Shown here: positions 50,181-62,525 of the stretch, one piece after another
Position numbering within the stretch: the stretch's first letter is position 1
How the letters are laid out: every line of letters begins with the position of its first letter
Source: Phoronis australis
Lineage: Eukaryota; Animalia; Phoronida
Direction: 5' to 3'
Assembly: GCA_002633005.1 (NCBI GenBank)
Contig: NMRA01000267.1
Span: 471,939-535,938 of the forward strand
Length of the DNA stretch: 64,000 bases
The notes under the pieces: model-generated
Database searches by the model: none
The model's input: the letters and a program-made list of their open reading frames with translations, nothing else
Told to the model about the DNA's origin: nothing
Made by a program: the position numbers and the translations under genes

Positions 50181-51875
50181 AGGATAATGCCACCCGATTT
50201 ATAATTAGTCTCTTTTACCGTCTTGATCGCTCTATATCCACATCGCCCCTTATACGATCGACCTCACCTTGCCGAGCGGTGTCGCGTAACCTGTGAGGAA
50301 GGTGAGAAGCGACGCAGCGACGTCAGTGGTTCATTGGCAGAGTGAATGCTGCTATATTTCGGTGCATCGGTTCCCACTTGTCTGAACTATGAAGCCGCGA
50401 AGAAAGCGGGTATATCGTTTTTTCGACTTCCTCGAGAGCCCGAAATGCTTAGGAAGTGGATCGCGGTAGTGAAGAATGAAAGGTACGCTGTTAATAGCAA
50501 GTATGAGGCCGTGAAATATCTCTGTGTGTGTGGCCGGCATTTCGTCGACAGTGATTTTTCTGACGAATTACGGCTTACCAAAAACCTATCCATACATTCC
50601 GTTGCCTATGCATATTCACGGCGCCTCTCTAGTATTGCTTGATCAGTGTATTCCGGTTCGAACTGATAGCCTGTGAAACCTAACGATCCGACCCGTGAAG
50701 TCTTCTTCGGATGAGCTCCTGACTAAGTCGGGATTGGCGACGGGTAGACGTTTATTATTCTGCGATCTGTTTAAAAATGAATTATCCTCATCCTAAAATG
50801 ATACTAACCAATGCTTAAATGAAACAAAGTCTGTCTCATTCGATACAATTTGTAGTGGCTTGAAGTGCTCGTGAGTGGAGAAGCCAGCAACGAATAAACC
50901 ACTGCGTTACCGACAACAAAGGTAATTGACCGGGCACCGAGGCCGTGTGAGCGCATGCTAATTCAGTGTTTGCTGACAGAAAACTGTTGTGAAACAATTA
51001 CTCGATTTTATATGCTATTGTCACATGTTAGGGGAATCGTTATGTAGAAAAACAAATACACTATTCAAATCATTGTTACTGCACAACCTTTACCCTGACG
51101 GTCTGTGGAAGGAGAACCCGACTTCACGGCCCCCGACTGCAAGTAGATTTTCAGTTTCGTGGCTAATTCACATAACTAATTACGTGCACATTATCTCTTT
51201 TGTTCTCTATTATAGTCTTTTGGTGCCTGGAGGTTTAGTTTCCAACTCAAGCTGGTTTATGTTCGTGGCAGTCCCGGCAGCCGCGACGGACCTGATCGGG
51301 TTCCGAGCCACTGACTGGCCGAGATAACGAGTCAGTCCGGCCGCGACGGGCCTCAGTGATCGGGTTCCGAGCCACTGGCCGGGATAACAAGCGTTTTGTG
51401 TGTTTAGAACTAAAAAAATCGCAAGTATAAACAACAAAGACCTAGATTCTCCTGTCTGTAATTCACGGAAGAATACTTCGAATTTATCTCCGAACAGACC
51501 TCAAACTCTTCAGTGCTACGGACTTTGGTAGATTGGCCTGCCGAACTTTGTAGGCTACGGTGTGTACAAATACCAGTAACAGCCAAATAAAATAACACGT
51601 TTTTATAAGAACTCGGTGTATCTTTAAGGGTTTTACATCGAATTTTGATGATTTATTGGTGTAAGACTATGACTTCAAGCGATAACCTGACACCACTAAC
51701 CCGTGTTGTGAACTACTGAACAGAATGCGTGTGAAACCAATTACGTCATTGGATAATTTCTACACCTCCGTCTGCCGTCAGGTGTCAGGTAACGCAACCG
51801 AACCTGCCGTTATCGAGTAGAACTACTTGATCTAAGTTAATACAAAGTAAGTTGTTTTTTGGGTGGCATTCTCCT
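50181..51875 (+). mobile_element. Kolobok-type non-autonomous DNA transposon, copy B (intronic), TTAA TSD
   Basis: TTAA (50177-50180)|AGGATAATGCCACCC...GGGTGGCATTCTCCT|TTAA (51876-51879). Confidence 0.85.
50346..50642 (+). pseudogene. THAP zinc-finger remnant inside the Kolobok-type element
   Basis: SVPTCLN...GISFFRLPREPEMLRKWI...VCGRHFVDSDF matches the THAP C2CH pattern; the first Cys is not seen in frame. Confidence 0.75.
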
Positions 51876-52598
51876 TTAAGTATGAGGAGATATAGCATTA
51901 GACGCAAAAAAAGCAAAAGTGCACCTAAAGGCGCCAGAATAGTCGAAAACACCTAAATAACAAATGCAAACATTTTTAAATTGTCACCAGGGATGCAGAA
52001 ATCGTCCAACGTGTCGGAAATGTTACGGCATTGTCGTCTCCTCAATTGAAACCTATTCGCCGAATTACCTAAAAGAACATTAATTAACTCCGAAGACAGT
52101 GCCAAACGTGAAAAATCGTTTGCCACTAGGGGGCGTATGTTACCGTCTGTCATCGGCTACATTGAAACACATCTTTCGAATTTCACAAAGCTCCTTCAAA
52201 GGTCTAAGAAGATTTGGCCGCAGACGCATAAAAATCGCTACTAAGGGGCGACGCAATGGTCGGAACCCTCTCACAGTCAACGTCCGCCGTGGCCTTCTCA
52301 TCAGGAACACATCTGTAAATTTCATAAATGTGTGGGCGCTTAATAAGGGGTATTAGGAAACAACTGACATTTCGTTACTGCTCTAGACCAAGCTCTACAA
52401 TTGACTTAACTGACTTACAAAGGCGTGTCACTGAATTCCTCAAGTATGGTCTCGAAGATTAACGAACTAACAGATTGAAAACAAAACATTTCCCAACTTA
52501 GTAAGGAGAAAATTGGGATTAATTTGATTACAGCAAATTATCTGGATCAAACATTAGTTTCTTCGATGGAACGTGAATACGAACTAAGAGGCACACAC

Positions 52599-52940
52599 CT
52601 TGTATAATGTAATAGAACCGCACACAGTATGCACCGTGCTGAGAGAGTATCAATCCATCGATGCTGACTTTGTCGTAAGGCTTTAGGCGCACGTTAGTCC
52701 ACGATCCTGGAGTATAATGAGGGCCTGACCACAGGTACCGTCTTGGGCCAGTTTCTTCTTTGATGAACTGGAAGCCAAATGTGTGGTCCACCTTGGGCTG
52801 GCGCTCAAATCTCGAATTCGAACTAAGTTCATCAAAAGACCCTTGGTAAAAATTCCCTTTGTCCCGCTGGCTTTGCCTGAATGAACAGCGTGATGTTCCA
52901 AGGTAGCCGCCGTACTTATCGAAGGTGCAGATTGCGAAAC
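52599..52940 (-). pseudogene. Multidomain gene exon: MAM N-terminal part
   Basis: FAICTFD...CSFRQSQRDKGNF...PKVDHTFG...YCVRFYYIIQG; TAG/GTGTGT; 342 nt, phase 1/1, open frame. Confidence 0.8.
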
Positions 52941-53744
52941 CTAGTATGAATATGACCACATATTTTTGAAGTAGATCTTGAAAGCATACGAGATTCTATT
53001 CATCATCAGTAACAATTATTTTTTCTCCGTTAGGCGGCTAAAAGAAGAGTGACTGGAAAAAAGACTCACAGAAATGCACATTTTTATGCTCATACACAGC
53101 AGTTTTCCGCCTGCGCAATACTACAAAGGAAGACCCATATGCATAGCAAAACTGGTGTTGTTGTGTCATACTGTATGTTATTTCGGATACTGAGGCAGAG
53201 ACTTAAAATGGATCTTGCACGCTAATTCCTTATCTTAGTGATTGCTTGGTCAAATTAGTTAGGAACACAACATATAGCGACGATGGGGATATGAAGTGGG
53301 TTGAAAATTGCAAACTAAAATCGTCACTTAGTCACAATACTATATACCGTAATTATTCTTGAACTTAATATTCTTCCACCAACTAAAATTGTTACTTCAG
53401 CTGCAAACAATCAACAGAAACTAAGACAAATGTTAACCAATAACCCAATTAAGGTTCAATTGAAAATTCAGTGATTCGATTACTTAAACGGTACGTTTTC
53501 AAAATCGTTTCAAATGTTACTTACTCATGTTTAATGTGATTGGTGTACTTTTGAAGAACAGACAATTCGTTACTACTTGAGACTACATGTAGGTTCAAGA
53601 ATGTGATTTGACTGGTTCATGATAAGAGTATGGTTGGAAACAGGCTGGCTCTGTGACTGCACTCCAGGTGGAAATACTTGTCGACACATTACGTATTATA
53701 TTTCATACACTCTTACTTTTAATTAGCACAAAAACTCGCATAAC

Positions 53745-53909
53745 CTAAACAGGGCCAAGTTCCACAAAGTTTGAAGCCTGTATCAGGTCCGTAGCATTGT
53801 CGTCCGCCATTGGCTGGAGTCTGATTTGTACACTGGCGCCACCTAGTTTGAACACCACATCGTCCTTGACACGATGTCCATCTTCCCCACTCTGTCCATT
53901 TGCCGTTTA
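53745..53909 (-). pseudogene. Multidomain gene exon: thrombospondin type-1 repeat
   Basis: VNGKWTEWGRWTSCQGRCGVQTRWRQCTNQTPANGGRQCYGPDTGFKLCGTWPCL; CAG/GTTATG; 165 nt, phase 1/1. Confidence 0.92.
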
Positions 53910-54455
53910 CTGATCACGGAATACGTGAAACCAAACATTTAAAAGAGACTCTTATGACTCCTTGAAGTGTTTTAAAAGTAACTCTTCACTTTGGTGACTG
54001 TAAATTGGTCTCAATTTGAATCGTAATCAGAGCTTGGACTCGTGACGCACTGGCACTTCATTATTGCTTAGTAACACCATGCTCGGCGCAGTTGAGCAAT
54101 AAACAGGTTTCATAACGCTATTTGTATGAAATAACAAAATACATAAGAAAAGTTCAAAAACTTTGTGGATGCGAGTATCCAACGTGCGAAGTCTATTGAA
54201 TGGGTTCTCAGAAAGCGGACCATGCTTTACAGTTCTGAGACATAATCAGAATGTAGAAGAGCTCTTTTTTCTGAAATTTCAACTTCTCTGTTCACGAATG
54301 CAAGATGAATTGAAACTGATAGGACAACATTTAGGGAAAACGGTTTAAAATGTGCTCCTCGTAAAAGAAATTTAAATTTCAAAATTATATTACTGCAAGC
54401 AGCATATGCCTAAGCACGAGTGAAAGGCTACATAAATCTCTTTACAACAACCTAC

Positions 54456-54563
54456 CTTTTTCGCACCAACGACCCGACATTCTCTCACCACACTTACAGT
54501 AAGCCATTCCAATCTCGTTGGTTTTGCATTCACCTCCATTTCGAAAAGGATTGGATCGGCAAT
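54456..54563 (-). pseudogene. Multidomain gene exon: EGF-like domain with Cys2 replaced by Phe
   Basis: CRSNPFRNGGECKTNEIGMAYCKCGERMSGRWCEK; CAG/GTAGGT; 108 nt, phase 1/1. Confidence 0.88.
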
Positions 54564-54682
54564 CTGATAAACGCGAGGAAGGAAACATAATGTCGCGGAG
54601 TTTAACCGGCACTAGTAATAAACCACTAATGTTGCTACAGAGATTGAAAAGTAATAAGTCCAGCGAAAGTGACAGTAAGCAT

Positions 54683-54705
54683 ATATATGTGTGTGTGTGT
54701 GTTGT

Positions 54706-54776
<71 letters not shown>

Positions 54777-54836
54777 CTATACATGTAGATAGATAGATAG
54801 ATATATATATAGATAGATAGATAGATTGATAGATAT

Positions 54837-54875
<39 letters not shown>

Positions 54876-55012
54876 TATAGATAGATAGATAGATAGATAC
54901 ATAGATAGATAGATAGATGAATTATATATACTATAGATAGATAGATTGATAGATAGATAGACAGATAGATATATAGATAGAGAGATATAGATACAGGTAC
55001 AGATATAGATAC
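54683..55012. repeat. Compound microsatellite (GT)n-(AC)n-(AT)n-(GATA)n
   Basis: Directly visible. Confidence 0.95.
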
Positions 55013-56707
55013 ATAAAAAAACTGTCGGTCGCACCAGACACAAAGTCAACTGCATTCCGAGACAGATTATGTAAGTTCCTACTATTTGGTTCTCATGAGT
55101 TGCCCAATGAGGCCTATTTAATCTTTAATTAAGTTGCCAACTTTCTCCACAGTAGCTTACCTTCATACCAAAGTGCATAGTAACTGCCTTTCACACCACT
55201 TTGTCATGAATAATATCAGATATATTGCGTGTGTTTTCCTAATTTACGAAGTACTATTTGAGTACATGTATATATTCGTTGCCGAACTAAATGTGTATAC
55301 ATTAATATGTAAGTGTACGCATATGTGTGCAAATCTCTCTATGTAAATATGTGTAGCCCGGTATGTATACCAGATACATACTGGTATAATTACTGTTTCG
55401 TAATGTTTCCCTGTTCTTTTACATATATTTGATCAATAAATAAACCTATTTTAGTTGAGAGTTCAACAAACTGAAAAGCTACAATCGAGCCGTGGCGCGT
55501 TCTGTTAAGATATCTGTGAGAATGGAACGGACACTTTGTAAGAGCGTTCACTACTTCAGGGCATTCGCTATAGGCATCTAACGTGCACCTGAGTGGTTGT
55601 TATAAATTGAAGAACGGAAACCATTTATAGTGTGACATACCGTTCTATGGGGGTAAAGAGAATCTTTTTCACAAATCGTTGACGTAACGTTGAACGAGTG
55701 AGCACCGATATGTTATTTTGTCTGACGTTGGCACGTGCTAAGGTTCTATTCATTGACGTTATCCCATGCCTGTCGGTCTGCGACGGATGCGAAGTCAACC
55801 CCCCCGTGATTTGAGGCCCGACTTTTAGCCCCTATTACCTGTATTTTTTTCAATTACCTCCGTAATGCACTTTTGTTTTACTAAAAGTACTTTTCGCTGG
55901 AAACAGAAGATTGTCAGCTATCAGTAAACAAATCGTGAATTATTTGTAACAAATATATATTGTTAAATTGTTACGAGTCATTTACGGATTCGTGCTTACC
56001 TAACAGTTTTCGAATGGTTACGTGTTGTTGCGGGCGGTTTGCGATCCTTTTCGTGTTAATTGAGGATAAATCAATCCGTGGATGATCGCTTGAAGATGTT
56101 TGATATGACAAAAATTGACTCTCCTTACACGTATCTTTAAGAATGTCTGCGAGTTGTTGCGTTTTATGACAAGTTATGTACGGGTGCTTGCGATTGGTTT
56201 TGATTTGGCAATACGTAAGGACTTCGCTTAAAAATCCGTGTATGTGAAGGCACATTGAAATGAGCCAAAAAGCCACAGCCCAAAAAACTACCTTGAACAC
56301 TGCCCCTATCCATATCCACAGAACATTTTTTTTTCTTTTTTTCAATCGGTCAATGTATAATAAAAACATGTCCTAACGTCGCGTGAATTATGTTTTTTTT
56401 TCATGGGACGAGGGCAGCAGTTTACACCGACGATTGCGTCAACTTTTGTAGTCCGGATTCGGTCCGCTTTCTTCAGCTTAGCGCCCCCGAAGTCACATGC
56501 TGGGTTCGGACATGTATCCGATCAAAAGAATCTAATCACTAGTTATATGTAAGTACATGCATTTCAACTTCACTGCAGCATAGTTGTTCTTTGAAATATT
56601 CAACTTACTAACACGTCGTAGAAGCTATGGGCAGCAAATGGCAAATATTGTTTAAAAATACAAAAATATATTTAAATTTGTAAATTCAGTACTGTTTAAT
56701 CAATTAA

Positions 56708-59700
56708 GAGACAGTCCATATAAAAACCAGTAGATTTTCAAAAATCAGTCTATACGTCAAAATTTAAAACAACTTCATTTTTCGTTCATGGGTAGGTATC
56801 CTAACATAAACCCAAATGCCAAATTTTGTGCACTCAATGACCCCTAATTTCGCCGCTGGAGCATGATAACACAAATTGGCACAATTGGGCATATTAGCCG
56901 TCTCAAAAATCGCGTGTTCTCAGCAACAAAAATGAGTAACATACACAATAGATCAAAAGCTATATTTTGGTGACTGAAATAACCAACGTATACTGTACAT
57001 AATTCTGTGCCATTTATTCAAATCTGACAGTTTTGTGCTAGACAGGGGAGATAATCCACAGACCACTTTTTGGGGCTAATTTTAGTGGCCATTTTTGTGA
57101 CCTTCTTACTGCCATAAAACACCTTGTAGCCTTATGTTACGTTTTGAACATACAGTTAAAGAGTTAGTCTTGATGACTGAGCAATAAAAAATCTTGCCTC
57201 AACTTTGCACCTTAGTGAAAATTGTCTCGCAAAACTGTCTATTTTCATAGTTTGGAAATGACGAGAAGAGTTTACAGACCCTTTGAACAAACTTTTAGGC
57301 AAGATGTCTGCTTTAAATAGTTATAGAAACCAAGTCTAAACTCTTTCAAATGAAAGCAAGATGTTTTCCGGGTTTATTACGCGGCTAGTATCAAACCTGA
57401 ACCCGATGACCTTTGCCCACTGAGGGAGTCAGTTGAGGTTAAACTTGAGGATATAAAAAATGTACGTGTAACCCTCTTGTATTCTTTCATTTCTTTTACA
57501 TTATCATGTTCATTTATACACTCTGAAGAAATTTTAAATGGAAATAAATGCCTAAGATTAAACGAGTATGAATTGATATTTGTAATTACTGGTTGAGAGA
57601 AGCAAATGCATTTTAAAAAGACAAAATGGCGGACAATATCGATGTGCCTTCATGTTCCTTTAGAGTTTATTCTGCAAAAAAATCCGATCAAAAAAGCTTT
57701 GTGCTTTAGTGAGTTATGTCAAAGACACCACTGAACATTTGAGATACAGGAAACTATCTCAAAGCAAGGCATGTGCCAGAGTACGCACTCGTACTACCCA
57801 GAGTCGGTGAATTTCTGACTGAACAGGACCAGTCATGGAATAGTCAGGTAATGCTGGATGTTACCACTCTGCTCCTCTCCTCCTGAACGTAGCAGCCTTG
57901 TCAAATTATACCAGCATTTCTGTTTCGAGATATGACTTTAGTGAAAGTCAGAATGGAAAGGATCTCTGTGATCGCAAGATCGCTCCACTCAAACAACATG
58001 CAAAGTATATTGTAGCCGAAAGTAACATATACCATAAAGTTTCTGGATTTGAAAGAAGCATTACTTTCCAGTGGCCATGTGAAGGGATGTTATGTGTATG
58101 CATGTTCAGTCAATGCAACAAAGTCTTTTCCAAAATACTCAGTTCCTGGTATAAGAACATTCCCAAATTCCCACTATTCCACCCAAGGAATTCGCGTGTG
58201 GAAATCATTCCATGTAAGTGACGGTAAGTTCGTACAAATACTGGGGAAATGGGAAACCTATTTCTCTAAAATACACTAATATCTCTAGACATGGCGGATT
58301 TTCAACACCAAGAGTTAAGGTTGGCACTGTATCTAGTGAAAAGCCTCAACAAAGTTCCCTTGCACCCAGCAAGGTTACTCGAAATTTTTGCTACAGACGC
58401 AGAACTAGGTCAGTATTTGGATGTGGGTAACCACACTGAACAATTACAGAGGGAAACCACGTATGACCACATCGCAGGACAGTGGTCAGAAATGCTTTCA
58501 GATGCAAGTGCCGGAGCGTCATTTGAGGGACCCTCAGAGTAGTATTTGGATGAGACGAATGCTGAAACAATAGGTTAGGCATTCAAAAAAGGTAAAGTGT
58601 CAACAAGATTTTCAGCAAAGGTAAAGAACTTTCTGACGAACATATTCGATGAAGGAGATAAGTCAGGTAAAAACGTTCACCCTCGGAAGTGCCAGAATGG
58701 AGAAAACATTACGAGAACTCACTGGTAAAGTGTTTACCTGTGATATTAAGTGAATCGCATATTGGTGGATTTTTTCGAGGTTGTCTGCAGCAATGTTTAT
58801 GACGATGAAAATGCCGTTATATCGTCAGATTTACTGAATGAAGTGGTAAATGAGCTCAACGTTTGGCCTAGTTTTGTAGCATACCAGTCAAAGATGTGTG
58901 ATATATGAAGTCCAGACCGTTACTTCTGTTTACTTCATGTCTGTCATGAATGAGTTATTAATAAAATTTTCTCTCGTGAATTATTTTCTATTGACTGTGA
59001 ATGTGTATCTTTTTATACCACTGATCCACACTGACAGAAATATTCAGCGTTAGGGTGCCCGGTGTGGGGGGGAACACCAAATTTCTGGCGACTGGTGGCG
59101 ACTAAAATTTGTAGAAACCAGCAGGGACATTACAATATGAACCCAAAGTTACAATGACTATTGACAAGTTGAAGGATTTTTGCACTGAACACCGTAGTGG
59201 GCCATATCCACCTTGGGTGCCTTCCTTTGCCTGTGGCACGAACAAGGCACATAGAAAACAAGGCAGGGGTGAGAACCTCTCTAAAATTTATCCAAAACCA
59301 CGTGTTCTCATTTAAAATGCAGGGAAATATCTCGCGAAGTCTTGAATTATAGCAAGGTCCTCGAGTTACTGCTCTTATTCTAGATGCGTCTTCAGTCTCT
59401 ACGTAAACAAAAGCAGCGCCATCTATCATTTAGAACCACGCATGCCAGTTGATTTATGTTACATGTTTTTTGTAATAAGCAATAATCATCAATGCCGTTT
59501 TCAAAGAATGGTAATTAATAATGCTGTCTGCCTTTTCTCCAAAATACAAGGTTTTTATGTCGTGTTTCGCATGCTAATTAGGTATATGTTCCAAGAGCCC
59601 CCTATTGGCAGCAGAGGCAACTGAGAACATGCAAAAGGACGAAGTGCAGTTCGTGTAATGCTTCGTACGCAAAAACTACATCAGAGGCAAGATTTTTTAT

Positions 59701-60167
59701 TTTAGATTATGAACAGGTTAGGAATGACTAAACAAATTATTACAAAGTCAATTTCAGGAAAGGTGCGTTATGGCTGCTACAGAGTGCCAAATTTGGCCGA
59801 AAATGGCTTCAGTGAAAACCTGAGAAATAGCCGTTTTTGCCTCACAAATTCAAAACGTACAAATTTAAAAATGGATTTTGAAAGTTATGTCATTAAATTA
59901 TTCAGCTACTGCGCTTTCAGTTCGTATTATTCATTTGTTTTTACCTTACCATACATGTTAGTAAAATGCATTCAAACATGCCTACTTCGACGCCCAATTT
60001 TGTTGCAAAATGGAGGTACAGGTCATAAAAAGAAAAATAATGAATGAAAATTCTTAGAAAGTGAGGTTTTTCTACATCTCAACAAACCAAACTCATGTGC
60101 TAAGTTTCAAAAAAATCGGTGATTTTGGGTATAGACTCTACCTGTTGGTTTTTATATGGAGTCACTC
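56708..60167 (+). mobile_element. Sola3-type DNA transposon, internally deleted
   Basis: TTAA|GAGACAGTCCATATAAAAACCA...TGGTTTTTATATGGAGTCACTC|TTAA. GAG/CTC termini with a TTAA TSD are characteristic of Sola3; internal transposase remnant present. Confidence 0.8.
57626..58870 (+). pseudogene. Sola3-type transposase remnant
   Basis: SGNAGCYHS (cf. SDNAGCYH), RYDFSESQNGKDLCDRKIAPLKQH, LKEALLSSGHVKG, RFSAKVKNFLTNIFDEGDKSGK; frameshifts and a large deletion. Confidence 0.75.
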
Positions 60168-60219
60168 TTAACTCCTATTTGAAACAAAAAATCAAAGGTA
60201 TTTTGAAAGTTCAATGCAC

Positions 60220-60623
60220 CTGTATAAATTCAATCATGTTTCATAAATTCAGCCCTATTTTAGAAATTTAATGGTATTTTAGAAATTCTATTTTTTGCAA
60301 TAACTTTAGCTGCCGCCCTATCTTTGCTTAGTCTCATCAATCGAATACACGGTTGAATTCCCATAACAGAATTGAATTCACAAAACAGGATCGATTTGAA
60401 AATGACTGAATCTGCGAAACACTGTTGAATTAATAAAATAGGATCGAATTTATGAAATGGAATTGAATTTGTAAAACAGGATTGTATTTCTAAAAATAGG
60501 ATTAAAATATAAAACAGGATTGATTCGATGAAAGTAGCAGTGAATTTCTAAAAATAGGACTGATTTTCTAAAATGGAATCACATTTCTAAAATACCATTG
60601 GATTTCTAAAATAGGACTGAATT
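60220..60623. repeat. Degenerate ~21-bp tandem array (TTTCTAAAATAGGACTGAA-like), with a few inverted units at the left
   Basis: Recurrent AAATAGGA/AAACAGGA..GAATT words. Confidence 0.7.
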
Positions 60624-62525
60624 CAGACCCGTTATAGCCAGGGTTATACGAGGGGTGTTAGAATTTCGAAAACGCTGGACCTTTCGATGGCATTTCGCTA
60701 GAAGTAACGTCGACCATCTCCACCTTTTTAGCGCTCTTCTCAAGCTGACAATGAGCGACGCATTAAGTTTTCCGAGCTTTATTGTCAAGAAAATCAATAC
60801 TTGAACAAAACCCAAAAGACAAGGCTACAATACACTAAACTCAATGTACATGCAAGTTCCACTCTACTAAGTACCTGCACTTCGCTCATTAGGTTAATAC
60901 GCTACCAAATTTCATCTTCTTTTCTTTGCTCAAAACGCTGGACAACTCTGCCAATTACTATCTTTGATGCAATGAACAAGCAGCGCCAGGGATGACATTC
61001 TGTCACCACTCATGCTTGCTCGCATGAACGTGTTGAGTCTGCGTAATGTGCTAGTGGACCTCTCGCATTCACACGTCACTGGTAGTGCAGCCAAAATTGT
61101 CAGCAGTACATTGCCGTTCGGATACAAAGATTGGTCGCAGTCTTTAATAGTCTGGGCTCATTTTGCTGGGATTTCCACTTGTGCCTCCATCGTATCCTTT
61201 CCTGTTGAAGTAACTCGGGTGAGGACAGATCTGCTTTATTTTTGTTGATGACCTCCGGCTCAGTTTCCCCGAAATGAGACGGAATCAATGCTAGGAGTGA
61301 TGATGCCGTAACGGTTGTTCGAGAAAAACGGGCCTCAAATTCGGATGCAATGAGATGCAGAAACGGTATCACCTCTGTTCTCAAATAGTACTGTTTGACA
61401 CTGGAATTTGGTGGATTTGCATGATGTGTTTGGCGAAGCGCTTGTCGCGGCATGCTGGGTTCTACACCAACCTCCCGAGCCATGGCAACAGCTTGGTGGT
61501 TAAATGCCATCGAAGACTTCATCCACAGTTTTGAGAAGTTTGAATCTCATTCACTATTCCGTACGTTTGTGCAATATCAACTGTTGTGCTCTGCAATTTC
61601 ATTGTAATGCCTTTTAGCTGAGCCACTACGTGAATGGCCGACTTTTCGAAAATAAAGCCCAAGAAACGTAGAACGCACCATCAATTTTTGAGCTATAGGA
61701 TACTGAATTGCCAAACTTTTTAAACCAAGCGTGTTTGAATGATGGATTACAACCCACCGCATACTGTGTTGGAAAGATGTAGTCGGGAGAACGGTTTGTC
61801 GTGATTTTTGATATGGTTATATTTTTGCATGTTTGCCTAAGGCGTTGGAAACCTTTTCTATCGAGTATGTTGCTCGAACGAACTCTGCGAGGTCGTGCAC
61901 CATTGGCATTGATTTGCTGTCAACATCGGGCTTTTCTTCAATGATTGAAGATTGGTTACTGGACATAGGCGTACATGTACTTGTTCCGGCCTGTGAACAG
62001 CACCCGTGTCCACATCGGGGTTTTCTGTAAAAACACGATAGTTAAACGTCTGTTTTTCGGAGCGGGGGCTATAGTGAAGAAACGTAAGCTGAACTTAAAG
62101 AATGGAAACCCATACAAATATGTGCATCATGATGCATGTCAATCCAGCGATCCACAAGTACAGTGTACATTGTAAGTCCCAACAGAATGCGCAATAGCTT
62201 TCGATATGGAATTCAAAAAGCCTGCTATACATTCTCACTAGCAACAACCTTATTAAAAGTCTGAAAAAACAAAGGATTGTGTAGCATTCTCAACTCACAA
62301 GCACCACTCATGATACATGTAACTGAACTTCATTCTGCTACCGAGAATTCTAATCGATTAGTTCACAGCAAAAAAGTCCCAGCATAGGAAAATCCCAAAT
62401 TTGTCAGTTTTCTCTCCAAAATTACCACTTCCCTGCAAGCGCGATAACAAATCTGACTACAAACCCAGAATGCTCGTTCTCTCTGAATTCTAAAAATGTG
62501 ACCATAGTACACCCCTTACGAGCTG
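60624..62525 (-). mobile_element. hAT (Tip100/ZMYM/THAP12-like) transposon remnant; outer boundaries approximate
   Basis: C-terminal dimerisation motif YPN..VLLTILAALPVT.CECERS.STLRRL.TFMRASM..DRMSSLALL (~60980-61130); upstream YYLRTEVIPFL; TTF-type zinc-finger remnant FKHAWFKKF...YSSKIDGAF (~61660-61780); CAGACCCGT terminus-like word at 60624. Confidence 0.75.

Noticed and set aside
52990-53037. Extra small exon between TSP1 and MAM
   Set aside because: The phase-compatible frame has stops, and TSP1 already joins MAM in phase without it.
54442-55055. ORFs with CVCVCV, THTHTH and YLSI runs
   Set aside because: These are microsatellite translations; only the EGF exon at 54456-54563 is supported.
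55640-55840. Astacin protease domain upstream of EGF (NHGGVDFASV resembles the YDYxSVMHY region)
   Set aside because: No HExxHxxGxxH motif or SxMHY Met-turn was found, and that frame contains stops.
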